From the NCBI GenBank assembly GCA_051362555.1, contig CM120644.1, forward strand, positions 3,914,954 through 3,978,953: a stretch of DNA of 64,000 bases. The letters are read 5' to 3'. This document shows, piece after piece, positions 50,101 to 61,610 of the stretch (the stretch's first letter is position 1; the number at the start of each line of letters is the position of its first letter). The position numbers and the translations under genes are program-made. This stretch comes from Lingula anatina. Taxonomy: Eukaryota; Animalia; Brachiopoda. The notes under the pieces are model-generated. The model saw only the letters and a list, made by a program, of their open reading frames with translations, ran no database searches and was not told the DNA's origin.

Positions 50101-53100
50101 GTCCAAAACCTTGTATGATAGCTAAAAACTGCATGGCTGATGAATTCATGTCCTAAATTCTTAATTAAAAGACATATTTTCGTCTTTAAATTTATTTTTG
50201 TTCCTGCAAAATGTATATGATGCTTATAATCATGATAAATTAATTGATTAAAAATAGTCCCCCTCCCATATTGTCTCATGAATTGGTAGCCCTGGAAGGA
50301 ATAATGTGTGCTTGTGCAAGCATTTGTGCATATGTGCAAGTGAGTGGAGAAGAGAGGCTGCAAGATAACAGCCAAAGAAGAGACCTACCATCACTCAATC
50401 TTTTCAAAAAAGCCCTGGCATTCTCCAAATGTGGTGTCACGAACAGGAAATCATCCACATGCCGCATGAGCAGCTCTCCCTCCGACACTGCTAACACGTC
50501 CCTCTCCATGGCAGCGTAGTACAGGTTACATAACATGGACGATAGGACGGAACCCTGGCTGATCCCTCGGAACTGGTGGTAATACCGTCTGCCAACCTGG
50601 ACATTGCAATGAAATTTCTACTGATAAAATGAAAGAGGAGAAAAAGCTAAAGACAAAATGATGGCTAATTCTGGTGAAGAATTAACAACAACGGTGTTCA
50701 AAATTTGGGTATTCAGAATTTGTTGTTTTTTTCCCCATCAAAATTACAATGTTGTACAGGGACTACATTCTGTAACAGTAAGAACTGCTGGGATAGGTAG
50801 ATGTATGTCAAATAATAAAAGAACTATTATACAGAACAATAATTCACAGCATGTTGTCTACGGAGTTGAAACAATGTAGCAAAATAAACATACAAATAAT
50901 GAGTTTAGAAAATCTTTTCACAAAAATGGCAAATACACAGACAAAACATTCCATCAAACATTTTCACATGAGCAGGTGCATTCTAGCAAACAATGAAGAA
51001 ATTATCCAAACATGCAATGCTTACAGTGACAAACTTTATGAACATTAGTTAGTTTGACATCAATATCTCTTTAGCTGATAAAGAGGTCAATCTTCAGACC
51101 CCTCGGTTAGGTAACATGTGCATCAACCTTACCTTTACCATGAACCAGCATCGCACACAAAGATAAAGATATGAACAGACTGTGAGATGGTTCCTCAACC
51201 ATAACTCCTAAACCCTTTGATATCTACACAGATATCGTAGTTTGTGATGGAGAACTTAACTTTCAAAGAAGCCACATTGCAGGATTATGATGCTGTGATG
51301 GCAATCAATGACAACATTTATGGCGGCCTAGACTACCTTCCTGACTATTATAAACTCTTCATGACAATGTCGTCCATGACAGCCTTTCTGGCAGAAAAGA
51401 AGGGTGAGACTGTGGCTTTCTGCATTGCTCAGATACTGGACAATGAAACCACCTTAGTGCTGAGAGCCGCTCGCGTCAAGGAAGTCTACCAGGGGAAAGG
51501 GATTCTAAAAGAATTGACAGCACATCTGAAGAGAAAAATGAAACAGATGTATCCAACAATACAAAGAAGATGCATTGTTACACTTCAAACCGTTGGAGAC
51601 GAGAAGCCATTTCCCACTGGATATGTTCAGATTTGTAAAAAGCGAATGCTTAGTTTTTATCAGCAAGCGTCAATCATAGAAAAAAAGTTGATGGAAATGG
51701 GAGAGTCTGCTGAAGGAATTGATGTGCATCAACTGCAGTCCGAAGAGCTACAGCAGCTGCTTGGATCAAAATGGGCTTTACATTTGTTTCCGAAGGAAAA
51801 GGTCATAATCAACTGGGTCCCTTATTCCATCATACCAAGTAATGGACCAATCATAGCAACAGAAAGTGATGCCTTCCTGACACATGAAGAAAATAAGGAT
51901 AAAGCAGAGCAAAGTCCTGATGTCTTCAGTGCAGTTAATTTCATCTTTTGCAAAAAAATTGGGCTGCGACTCAGTCTTGATCTTTATGGCATACGCCAAT
52001 CCAATATGGCTGTCGTCAAAGAGCACATTGTACATCATGCGCGGAATGCAGTCTTCAAGGCCAAAGAAGCTGGGTGTGAGGGCATACATGTTGAGTTGTA
52101 CGTAGAAGTTGATGCCCCTTTGGAAGAACTGCTGGGCATTACCTCCAGTCTGGAGCTGAAGTCAAGTGACTTCTTTGTCATGAATAAGGAAAAGTATGTC
52201 TACCTTCTAGAAGCAGTGTTGTAAACTTACCCTGAAGAGGTGCATATGGTGTCTTTTTCGACGACATTTCAACTGTTTTTTGACATCATCCAAAATGCCC
52301 TCAATGGGCTCTAAACTAAATCTTTGACATTTTGAAAGTCAAAAAAAGGATCATAGTGACAGTTTCAAATTTAAGTCAAAATGTATTTATCAGCAAGGCG
52401 AATGCAGTTTTGTAAAAAAAAATATTTTAGTGTAAACAGTAAGATGCGCTGTAATACAGCAAAACAGGAAAGACGATCCTTTAAGAACAAGGTAGTAAAA
52501 CAGGTAAATATTATGAAATAAATGAAGTGTGGAGTAATGATCCAAGTTCATTTCCAAACAAATGAAAGGTATGTTGCTATTTTAGCACTACTGATGAGCA
52601 CATTTCTATTTTTCCAATCCAATCCTTAACCTCTTAAGGCACAAAGGGTAATTTCCAGTTTCAAAAATAATTTGATCAAATCATTGATCACCAGTTTATG
52701 ATAACAAGGCAGCAAAGCTGTCAAATGTACAGACAAAAAGCAGGAAATAACAAAATAGGCTACTGTCAATTCTGATGTAAAAGTACATTATGTTAAACTG
52801 CAAATTCAACATCAAATTTTAATTATGCTCAACAGGTAATACCAATGTAAGTAAAATGTGTAACAAGCATAAGGCTTCAGGCCCATGGGAGTTCAAGTTC
52901 ACACTTTGCAGCATAAAGAATAAAAATTTTAATAATACAAGGCAGCAAAGCTGTCAAATGTACAGACAAAAAGCTGAAAATAACAATGCACAAAATAGGC
53001 TACTGTCAATTCTGATACAAAAGTACATTATGCTTAACTGCAAATTCAACATCAAAATTTAATTATGCTCAACAAGTAACACCAATGTAAATAAAATATG

Positions 53101-56100
53101 AAACAAGCATAAGGCTTCAGGCCCATGAGAGTTCACACTTTGAAAGTGCCAGAATGAGAAAAATGAAAATTTTACACAAAATTGCATAAATTCAATTATA
53201 AATGATAACCCAATTGAGCTGGCTTTCTAATTTGAACTGCATGCCAATCCTAAAAATCAAACTTGTAAGTTAAAAATAATAATAATAAGTAACACAGTTT
53301 CTTTTCATAATGTTTATCGTAGCAGTGCATTTTTGTCAATTTTGATGTAACATTACATAATAAATTACAGAATAATTATCACCAATTTTTGATTATTGAC
53401 TATAAATAGCATGGACATGTAGAAAATTTGGTTACCATTCGGCTTTATGTCCATGGGAGCTCTGAGTCCCACAATGAATGGCAACACGATAAATATGAAT
53501 ATTTCACTAAAATGTATTACTACAATAAAAAAGAAGCAAATTAGACTGCTTTTCCAACTTGGCTGCAATTTAGTCCTGTGTTTCTTTTTTGAAAGTTTGA
53601 CAATCATAAGTAACATGGTTTACCCATAATGGTCATCATGGCAGCAGCACCCAAAATTGTGTTTTCTTCTATTTTGATGCAATATTACATAATGCTTAAC
53701 AGCATAAAGACCATCAGTTTTTAATAATAAAATACACGTATCATGGATTTTCAGAAAATGTGACTAGCATGGGTCTTCAAGCCCGTAGAGGTTCTAAGTC
53801 ACACCTTGAAAATGCCAAAATGTGAAAAAATTAAATTTTCACAAAAAACTGTTTTACTGCCAGAAAAATTTACAAAATAGACTGCATTGCCCACTGAAGC
53901 TTTATTTAAGTCCCATGTTTCTTTCCCTAAGTTTGAGAACAGTAAGTGACATGGGAGCAGTGTCCAAAATAGGGGTTTCTTCAAATTTTGATGCAACGTT
54001 ACATAATGTTTAACAGCATAATGACCATCAATTTTTAATAATAAAATATTAGTATCATGGATATTCAGAAAATGTGACTAGCAAAGGTCTTCAGGACCAT
54101 GGAACTTCAAAGTCACATCTTGAAAATGCCAAAAAGTAAACAAGACAGCACTGTTCTGAAATGTTTTTTTTTTTTCATTTTTAACAATTTTTTAACATGA
54201 AACAAAATTAACAGTTTAATGCCATTTTTATATGATCAACTAAGAAAATTAATGAGATGGGGAAAATATCAATAGAACAGTGTCAAATGTCCAATTTCCT
54301 CCATTCTGAGTTTCTGAACATAATGAATGATTGAATCTTACAAACTGCAATGATATGAGTTTATTTCCATTTTTGACACTTTATTACACAATATACGATA
54401 ACAAGTTTACCATCATTTTTACATAATCAACTAACAATGTTGTAAAGATGCAGGAAATGTCAAACAAACACTTTTACGTATCTTATTAATTAAATAATGA
54501 GACTGTTAACATGCCTAAGAATTGAATCTGAAGAAATGTGAAAAAACAGCATAATTTATAAAATAATGGCCAGATTATGCTGATTTTCGAACTTGACCTG
54601 CGTTTTAGTAAGATTGATTACTCCTGTGAGTTTCATGACAACAGGCCTATGGGTTTTCCTTAAAATGTGTTAACAGTGTTGCATATATGCTGAAAAGTGA
54701 AAAAACAGCATAACTACTAAAATGGTGGCCCGATCATGCCGATTTTTGAACTTGACCTGCGTTTTAGTAAGATTGATTACTCCTGTGAGTTTCATGACAA
54801 CAGGCCTATCGGTTTTCTTTGAAATGTGTTAACAGTGTTGCATATATGCTGAAAAGTGAAAAAACAGCATAAATTCTACAATAATGGCCCGATCATGCTG
54901 ATTTTCGAACTTGACCTGCGTTTTATGAATATTCATCAGCTCTGTAAATATAAAGCCAAAAAGTAAAACTGTCTTCCACTTATGGTGTTAACGCTGAAAG
55001 TGCACGGCGACGGCGACGACGACATCGACGGCGACATGAATGGCGACGACAGACGCAGGTGATGGCAATATGTACAGACACATCTGTGTCTGTACATAAA
55101 AATACTCCACAGTAAAATCAATTACTTTTAAGCACCATCAACATAAATAAAAATCAAATATCCAAAATTATATAAAATACCATGTAAGATGCCATCAGTT
55201 AAAATGAAAGAGACAGCAATAAATTTACAATTACAGTCAAAACAACTCTAAACTTGTGATAGTCTTTCAAATTAAAATAATAGCAACTCATAAGGAAAAG
55301 TAGCACAAGCACAATCTAAATGTACCCCTAGCCTATTAATCTTAAAGTGACCTGCCTAAACCATCAGACTTCAGATAGAGTATGATACGAAGTGGATGAT
55401 ATCTTTATGTCAATAAAGTGTAAGACCCTGATATGGGGAGGAATGTCACTGAGTTAACGTAAGGGTTTTGCAGTCCACCTGATATCTTGGTGTGAGTGAT
55501 AAAAGCACACAACAGACTGGAACAATTCAGGTACAATTAGGGTGAAGCCACCTGACTTTGTCTATATCTGACAACAACGACAATGGTGGACTTAACATTC
55601 CGTACTGCGAATCTCCAGGATTACGAAGCAATCTTGGCAATTCACGACAATGTCTACTTTGGTCTGGACTACCTTCCCGACTACTATAAACGCTATGTAA
55701 CCTACGCTCATATGACATCCTATGTAGCTGAACAAGATGGAGAGATAGTGGCATATTGTATGGCACATGTTAACGATGATGAAACTTCTCTTATCATGCG
55801 AGCAGCAAGGGTGAAGCCCACTCATCAAGGGCAGGGGATTTTAAGCAAACTGAAGACGTTTCTGAAAGAACAGGAGGTACGGAACCATCCAAACCTCCGA
55901 AAGATAAAAATCACGGTCTGCATCCCACTCACAGGCAACAAAGAACTTCCAAGAAACTATGAACAGATTTTCAGACGTAAGTTGTATTGTTTTCAGCAAA
56001 AGACTGCCTCCATACGCAAAAGATTTACTTGGGATGTAGAAGAAACTACATGCAAACTGCACCAAATGTCAACAGAGGAGTTGGAGACGATTTTGGGATC

Positions 56101-59100
56101 AGAAACAAACAAACACTTATTTCCCTATGGCACTTTCATTATTAACTGGGTCCCATACGCCACTTTGACAAGCAACGCTCGGATCATTGAGGCTGAAAGC
56201 AATGTCTATGCATCGTATGATGAAAACAACACAACATCCAAGAGAACTCCAATATTTCTCAGCGCAGCTACACAAATAATGTGTGAGAATGTTAGGCTGA
56301 GGGTGGGGTTGGACTTGTTTGGAACAAATATCGATGCCGCCACTGTGCGCAATCACATCTTCTACCAAGTCTGCAAAACGGTCGACAAGGCAGAAAACAT
56401 GGGGATAGAAATCATCCATGTTGAGTTTCATGCAGAAGAAGAATTATCAAAGGAAGTCCTGATGCAAACAGCTTCAGTTTTAGGTCTAGAGCCCAGCATC
56501 GGATTTTTTGGTGCTTGTGAAAACTATGTGTATCTTCTAGAGGCAAACATTTAGGCATGCATGTACTAGTAAAAACCCCAGTACTAGGATGAATAATCTG
56601 CATCTAACGATTATAATAGATTTACAGATTTAGTCTTGGTTTTTAATTATAACAATTAAGCTGTTAAAAATCATATTTAAATAACATTATGCTGTAGATG
56701 GCAGAATCAAGTTGTGTTTTATTTACATCTATAATGGCAACTGTAAGAAGAATAATACTGGAAATAATGATGTTGAAGACACTGGTAAATGGAATGTTTA
56801 ATCCAAAATAAATTGTGTACCCATAATTTTTGTCAGTAAAGAAGGCATTAAAATTTTATCAAGGTCCATTGTTAGTACCCTGTGACTTCCCACCCACCCA
56901 GATATGGCCTTAATCTCTTAATAACATAACATCTGATTAAATTAAAAATCTCTGTTCAGTCAGTACACCTGATATTTCCAGAACTGTGTTTAATCAAAGT
57001 ATGTCCAGTTAATCAACCCCATAGGTGCAGAACTATATATCAGATAGACTGGATTAAAATTTGGGCACTTACTACAAGCCCGTAGCCAGCAATTTCAAAA
57101 GGGGGATTCTTCTTCCGAAAAATTCAAACTTTTACTGTGACACCTTTGTGTACCTAGATCAAATTTTGCCCATTTTCCTGGCAAAAAAAAAGGGGGGGGG
57201 GGGGTCATTTGAACCCCCTGAACCCCCCTGGCTACGGGCCTGTCCTGAGTAGACTTAGACAGAAGGGTGAGAGAAATAAAGGTCCAAGAACTTCAGAGTC
57301 CTGTCATATTCCCTCTCCCATGCCTCAGTGACAATTTTGTGTCATTGATGCTAAGTATTAAGTTGATAAACAGCTCCAATATGTTTACCTTGATAATGTT
57401 GTGGAACAGGTGCGTCTTTATCAGACTCAGTAGACTCTCTTTATTCTCATGTCTGTACATAACCTGTAATAGAAAAATGAGTTTACAGTGTATATATTTT
57501 AAAAGATATAATTTAGGACCAAAATCCTAACTTTGGATTTTTACTAAAAGTTGAGTAAAAAAAAAATGAGTGAAAAAAAGACGCAGTTTGTAAACCTAAA
57601 AAAATCAACAAAATATGCAAAATAAAAAAAATCCTTAATAAGAATTGGGTATTTGCAAGTGACAAAAATATAAACAACATATAATCAAGTTTTTAAATTC
57701 AATTTGTAAAAATAAAATGGCCTAATGTCTGAAATTGTAGTAAGTACTTGTCAAAATTATTTAATTCAGCAACATTTTATATACTTGAATCTGTGATTGC
57801 TTGGGTATTAAAGAAATTATAATGCTCAAAATGTAAACATTGTGCATTACCTGGTCAACAATAACAGCATTTCTTAAATGTTTCAATGATGACTTTGTAA
57901 ATTTCTGGAAATCTGGCTCAAAATCTGTAAGTGTATGAACACTCTTTCTGAACTGTTTTCTCAGTCTTCCTCTCATATTCAATACCACTGCATACCTCCT
58001 GATGATAAATTCTGAGGCCTTAACCTGAAAATGCAGAAGTTTAAGGAGAATGTTACTTTGTGGCCTAAAAAATCAACAAAAATGATAATTTCTAGTCATT
58101 TCCAGTTATCCACTGTAACATAGTATTACATTACAGCAGAGATGTTACCAGTGTTTAGCATGCTGTGTACTTGCAACAGTGAAGTCTATGTCCAGACCAT
58201 TACCTCCACTTCTTTCATTAGTTTCTTAACTGACCAAAATGCAAAGAAAATGACTGTAAAATTATCACTCAATTCCTGAAGTTGGAGTTCCAATTTTAAT
58301 AAGACTGAATGTGGTAGGTGTGGCCTGTAGCAACGAATGGTTTCCAATAGTTACTAGTCAGAATTCTGAGAAAGTTCACAAACAATTTTCTTTCCTTCCT
58401 GAATTAGTTCTTAGCATTTACTTTGACTACCACAATGAACCAAAAGTGCAGTGATATACCTGCTTTTTTGTCCTCCTTACTCACAACCAAACTACACACA
58501 CTCAAATCAACGCTTACAGAATTCAAGGCATTCTCCACAACAGAATACAGCTTCTCTGGAAGGATGGTGTCAAAGCATTTCTCAATGTCAGCTTTCACAA
58601 AATAAAGAGGCCTGGGGGATGGAAATTCAAGTTTATAAATAATAATTCAAAATTATAATGAAAACTTAGATTGTATTAAATGAGTCTTCATCACCATAGT
58701 CTGTATTATGACCACAACTGGCAGTGGGTGTACATGTACTTGTCTTTGATAAGTTAATTTTTATAAACAGCATGGATGAATTAAATAACGCCATTAGATA
58801 CCATTATACCTATATAATAAACAAATAAGGTATGGTCCTCAGTGTCTAACAAAAATCACGTCCCAGTGACAGAAATAGGAGCCCAGGTGAAGGGTAAAAA
58901 TGAATGGCAGTAAAACACATACCATACAGATTAGGGATACATACATGTATTACTGTAACTGGCCAATCAAAGACCTAGTATTCTACAAGAGGTATACACA
59001 GTTATAGCCGAGAGATAACTGCTGGGAATGTTCTGCCGAGCAGTTGTGAAAAAAAGAACCCACAAACCTAGTGTCCTCTGCTGCTCTTCTCTTCAGAACA

Positions 59101-59171
59101 AAATTTCTCCACTGAGCGTAGATATCATCTAGACCAAATACAGAGGAACCAACCAATCCAGGATTCATGTT
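46550..59171 (-). CDS. TERT: Telomerase reverse transcriptase, RT domain and C-terminal extension; 13 exons, 5' half lies beyond the right edge
   Basis: Exons 59171-59068 (PGLVGSSVFGLDDIY), 58611-58518 (motif A LYFVKADIEKCFDTI), 58024-57851, 57463-57389, 50596-50389 (B' GISQGSVLSSMLCNLYY; C LLMRHVDDFLFVT), 50008-49922 (D GIKEFNCFINKSKT), 49395-49315 (E FPWCGL), 48919-48859, 48460-48418, 48173-48044, 47446-47341, 47118-47013, 46636-46550. All phases are consistent. Confidence 0.95.
47707..47843. repeat. Perfect 53-bp inverted repeat with 31-bp spacer in a TERT intron
   Basis: Arm 47707-47759 is the exact reverse complement of 47791-47843. Confidence 0.9.
47889..48030. mobile_element. 142-bp MITE with an 8-bp target-site duplication
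   Basis: TTTCAAAT at 47881-47888 and 48031-48038; GGGGGC..GGCCCC ends; internal AAAGGTTCATTGGT-type motifs in both orientations. Confidence 0.7.
51247..52224 (+). CDS. NAT16/histidine N-acetyltransferase-like GNAT, paralogue 2; single coding exon nested antisense in a TERT intron
   Basis: Intact 325-aa ORF from the ATG at 51247; IYGGLDYLP signature; acetyl-CoA motif YQGKGI. Confidence 0.88.
   Translation: MENLTFKEATLQDYDAVMAINDNIYGGLDYLPDYYKLFMTMSSMTAFLAEKKGETVAFCIAQILDNETTLVLRAARVKEVYQGKGILKELTAHLKRKMKQMYPTIQRRCIVTLQTVGDEKPFPTGYVQICKKRMLSFYQQASIIEKKLMEMGESAEGIDVHQLQSEELQQLLGSKWALHLFPKEKVIINWVPYSIIPSNGPIIATESDAFLTHEENKDKAEQSPDVFSAVNFIFCKKIGLRLSLDLYGIRQSNMAVVKEHIVHHARNAVFKAKEAGCEGIHVELYVEVDAPLEELLGITSSLELKSSDFFVMNKEKYVYLLEAVL
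52703..55102. mobile_element. Helentron/DINE-1-like non-autonomous element between the two nested GNAT genes
   Basis: Head AACAAGGCAGCAAAGCTGTCAAATGTACAGACA (repeated at 52937); ~160-bp internal repeats (GAACTTGACCTGCG near 54590, 54750, 54907); GACGGC microsatellite 55005-55055; terminal hairpin ATGTACAGACAC-ATCT-GTGTCTGTACAT 55070-55097 matching the head. Confidence 0.65.
55583..56554 (+). CDS. NAT16/histidine N-acetyltransferase-like GNAT, paralogue 3; single coding exon nested antisense in a TERT intron
   Basis: Intact 323-aa ORF; VYFGLDYLPDYY, IMRAARV, HQGQGI, IINWVPY; colinear with paralogue 2. Confidence 0.88.
   Translation: MVDLTFRTANLQDYEAILAIHDNVYFGLDYLPDYYKRYVTYAHMTSYVAEQDGEIVAYCMAHVNDDETSLIMRAARVKPTHQGQGILSKLKTFLKEQEVRNHPNLRKIKITVCIPLTGNKELPRNYEQIFRRKLYCFQQKTASIRKRFTWDVEETTCKLHQMSTEELETILGSETNKHLFPYGTFIINWVPYATLTSNARIIEAESNVYASYDENNTTSKRTPIFLSAATQIMCENVRLRVGLDLFGTNIDAATVRNHIFYQVCKTVDKAENMGIEIIHVEFHAEEELSKEVLMQTASVLGLEPSIGFFGACENYVYLLEANI
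57075..57242. mobile_element. MITE with CAGGCCCGTAGCCAG-type TIRs; related element at ~18122-18275
   Basis: CAAGCCCGTAGCCAG start and CTGGCTACGGGCCTG end (1 mismatch); internal poly-G. Confidence 0.65.
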
Positions 59172-61260
59172 CTGAAAAAAAGGCATCTCTCACATACAGG
59201 TGAGATATTAATAATGTATGTAAACAAGGCAGCAAAGCTGTCAAATGTACAGACAAAGAACAGAAAATAAAGATGCAAATAAGTGAAAAATTAAATTTTC
59301 ACAAAAAACTGTTAAATTGCCAGAAAAATTTACCAAACAGACTGCGTTGCCTATTGAAGCTGTATGTTAGACCCATGTTTCTTTCCTGTAAGTTTGAGAA
59401 CAGTAAGTGACATGATTTCCCTTAAATGGTCATCATAGGAGCAGTGCCCAAAATAGGGGTTTCTTCAAATTTTGATGCAACATTACATAATGTTTAACAG
59501 CATAATGACAATCAAATGTTATTAATAAAATATTAGTAACATGGACATTCAGAAAATGTGACAAGCAAAAGTCTTCAAGATCATGGAACTTTAAAGTCAT
59601 ACCTTGAAAATGCCAATATGTGAAAAATTAAATTTTCACAAAAAACTGTTTAACTGCCAAAAAAAAAAAAATAAATAAATAAATAAAAATACCAAACAGA
59701 CTGCATTGCCTACTGAAGCTGTATTTTAGTCCCATGTTTCTTTCCTGTAAGTCTGAGAACAGTAAGTGACATGATTTTCCTTAAATGGTCATCATGGAAG
59801 CAGTGCCCAAAACAGGGGTTTCTTCAAATTTTGAAGCAATATTACATAATGTTTAACAGCTTAATGACCATCAATTTTTAATTATAAAATATTTGTTTCA
59901 CAGATATTCAGAAAATGTGACTAGCAAAGGTCTTCAGGCCCATGGAACTTCAAAGTCACGCCTTGAAAATGCCAAAATGTAAACAAGACAGCACTGTTCT
60001 GAAATGGGTTTATTTCCATTTTTAACACTTTTTTAACATAAAACAAAATAAACATTTTACTGCCATTTTATATGACCAACTAAGAAAATTGATGAGATGG
60101 GAAAAGTATCAATAGAACAGTGTTAAATGTCCAATTTCCTCCATTCTGAGATTCTGAACATAGTGGATGATTGAATCTGACAAACTGCAATGATATGAGT
60201 TTATTTCCATTTTTGACACTTTATTACACAATACATGATAACAAGTTTACCATGTTTTTTACATAATCAACTAACAATGTTGTAAAGATGCAGGAAATAT
60301 CAAACAAACACTTTTAGGCATCTTATAATTTAAAAATGAGACTGTTAACATGCCTAATAATTGAATCTGAGGAAATGTGAAAAACAGTATAACTTCTAAA
60401 ATAATGGCCCGATTATGCTGATTTTCGAACTCAACCTGCGTTTTAGTAAGATTGACCACTCCTGTGAGTATAATTACAATTGGCCAATCCGTTTTTCTTA
60501 TATTGTGTTATCAGTGTTGTATTTATATTGAAAATAGTGAAAAAACAGCATAAATTCCCTAAAAATGGCCCAATCATGCTGATTTTCGAACTTGACCTGC
60601 GGATTATGAATATTCATCAGTTTTGTAAGTTTCAAGTCAAAAGGTAAAATGGTTTTCCACTTATCGTGTTATCGGTGCTGCATATATGCTGAAAAAAGTG
60701 AAACAAGGCAGCAAAGCTGTCAAATGTACAGACAAAAAACAGAAAATAAAGATGCAAAAAAGGTCATTTTGTCAATTTTGATGCAATAATAAATAATGCT
60801 TATAATAGCACTGTCAGTCAACACTGAATTTTAATCTTGCACAACGGGTAACATGGTCAATAACAGGAGCAGACCCAGAGGTATTTTCTGACAGTATTAC
60901 AAAGTATCTATGTTGATCCATCCTCCATTTTGATGGTCTTCCAACAGAAAAAAATAGATACCAGTCAATATAAAGTTAATAACCTGACTGTCTTCCGGAA
61001 GACCCAGAAGATGGTCTCAATCCACCCCTTCAATAAGATTACAGTTTCAGGACCATGAGAGTTCAAATTCACATTATGAAAGTCTCAATATTTGAAAAAT
61101 GATGACAGTGCATAAAATAATATTACATAATGTTTAAAGACATAAAAAACAATACAACTGCTTATGTAGAAATACAGAAAATGTGCAGAGCCCCAGGCAG
61201 ATGAGAGTTAAAAGTCACAAATGCAAGTGTTTGAGAAAAAAATATAAAGGAAAACAACAA

Positions 61261-61497
61261 AACTAGAAAAGCACTTTGAGAGTGCAGACCTCTGCCAAGG
61301 CAGCAATTGTTGATTATTATTGATAATTGATTGATTATTGATCCGGACCACCACCAAAAATTAATCATTGTCCTCTTTGGCCCACTTCCGACAGTTCCTG
61401 AAAATTTCTGCAAAATTGGTCCATAACTTTTTGTGTTATGTGGATGACAGACAAACAGGGGTGAAAATATAACCCCCTTGGCAGAGCTTGAGGTAAA
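61261..61497. mobile_element. Short Helentron-like non-autonomous element
   Basis: AACTAGA start, hairpin GCACT..AGTGC, subterminal inverted repeat CTCTGCCAAGG / CCTTGGCAGAG, GACAGACAAACA microsatellite remnant. Confidence 0.55.
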
Positions 61498-61542
61498 TAT
61501 AATTCCAATGAAGATGCTATTCAAACATTTAATCTTCCAGTT

Positions 61543-61543
<1 letters not shown>

Positions 61544-61609
<66 letters not shown>
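61544..61609. repeat. (TA)n microsatellite
   Basis: About 32 TA units seen directly. Confidence 0.95.

Positions 61610-61610
<1 letters not shown>

Noticed and set aside
50276-50596. RT motif exon as a retrotransposon fragment
   Set aside because: It splices in frame with 12 other exons carrying TERT-specific motifs and the C-terminal extension.
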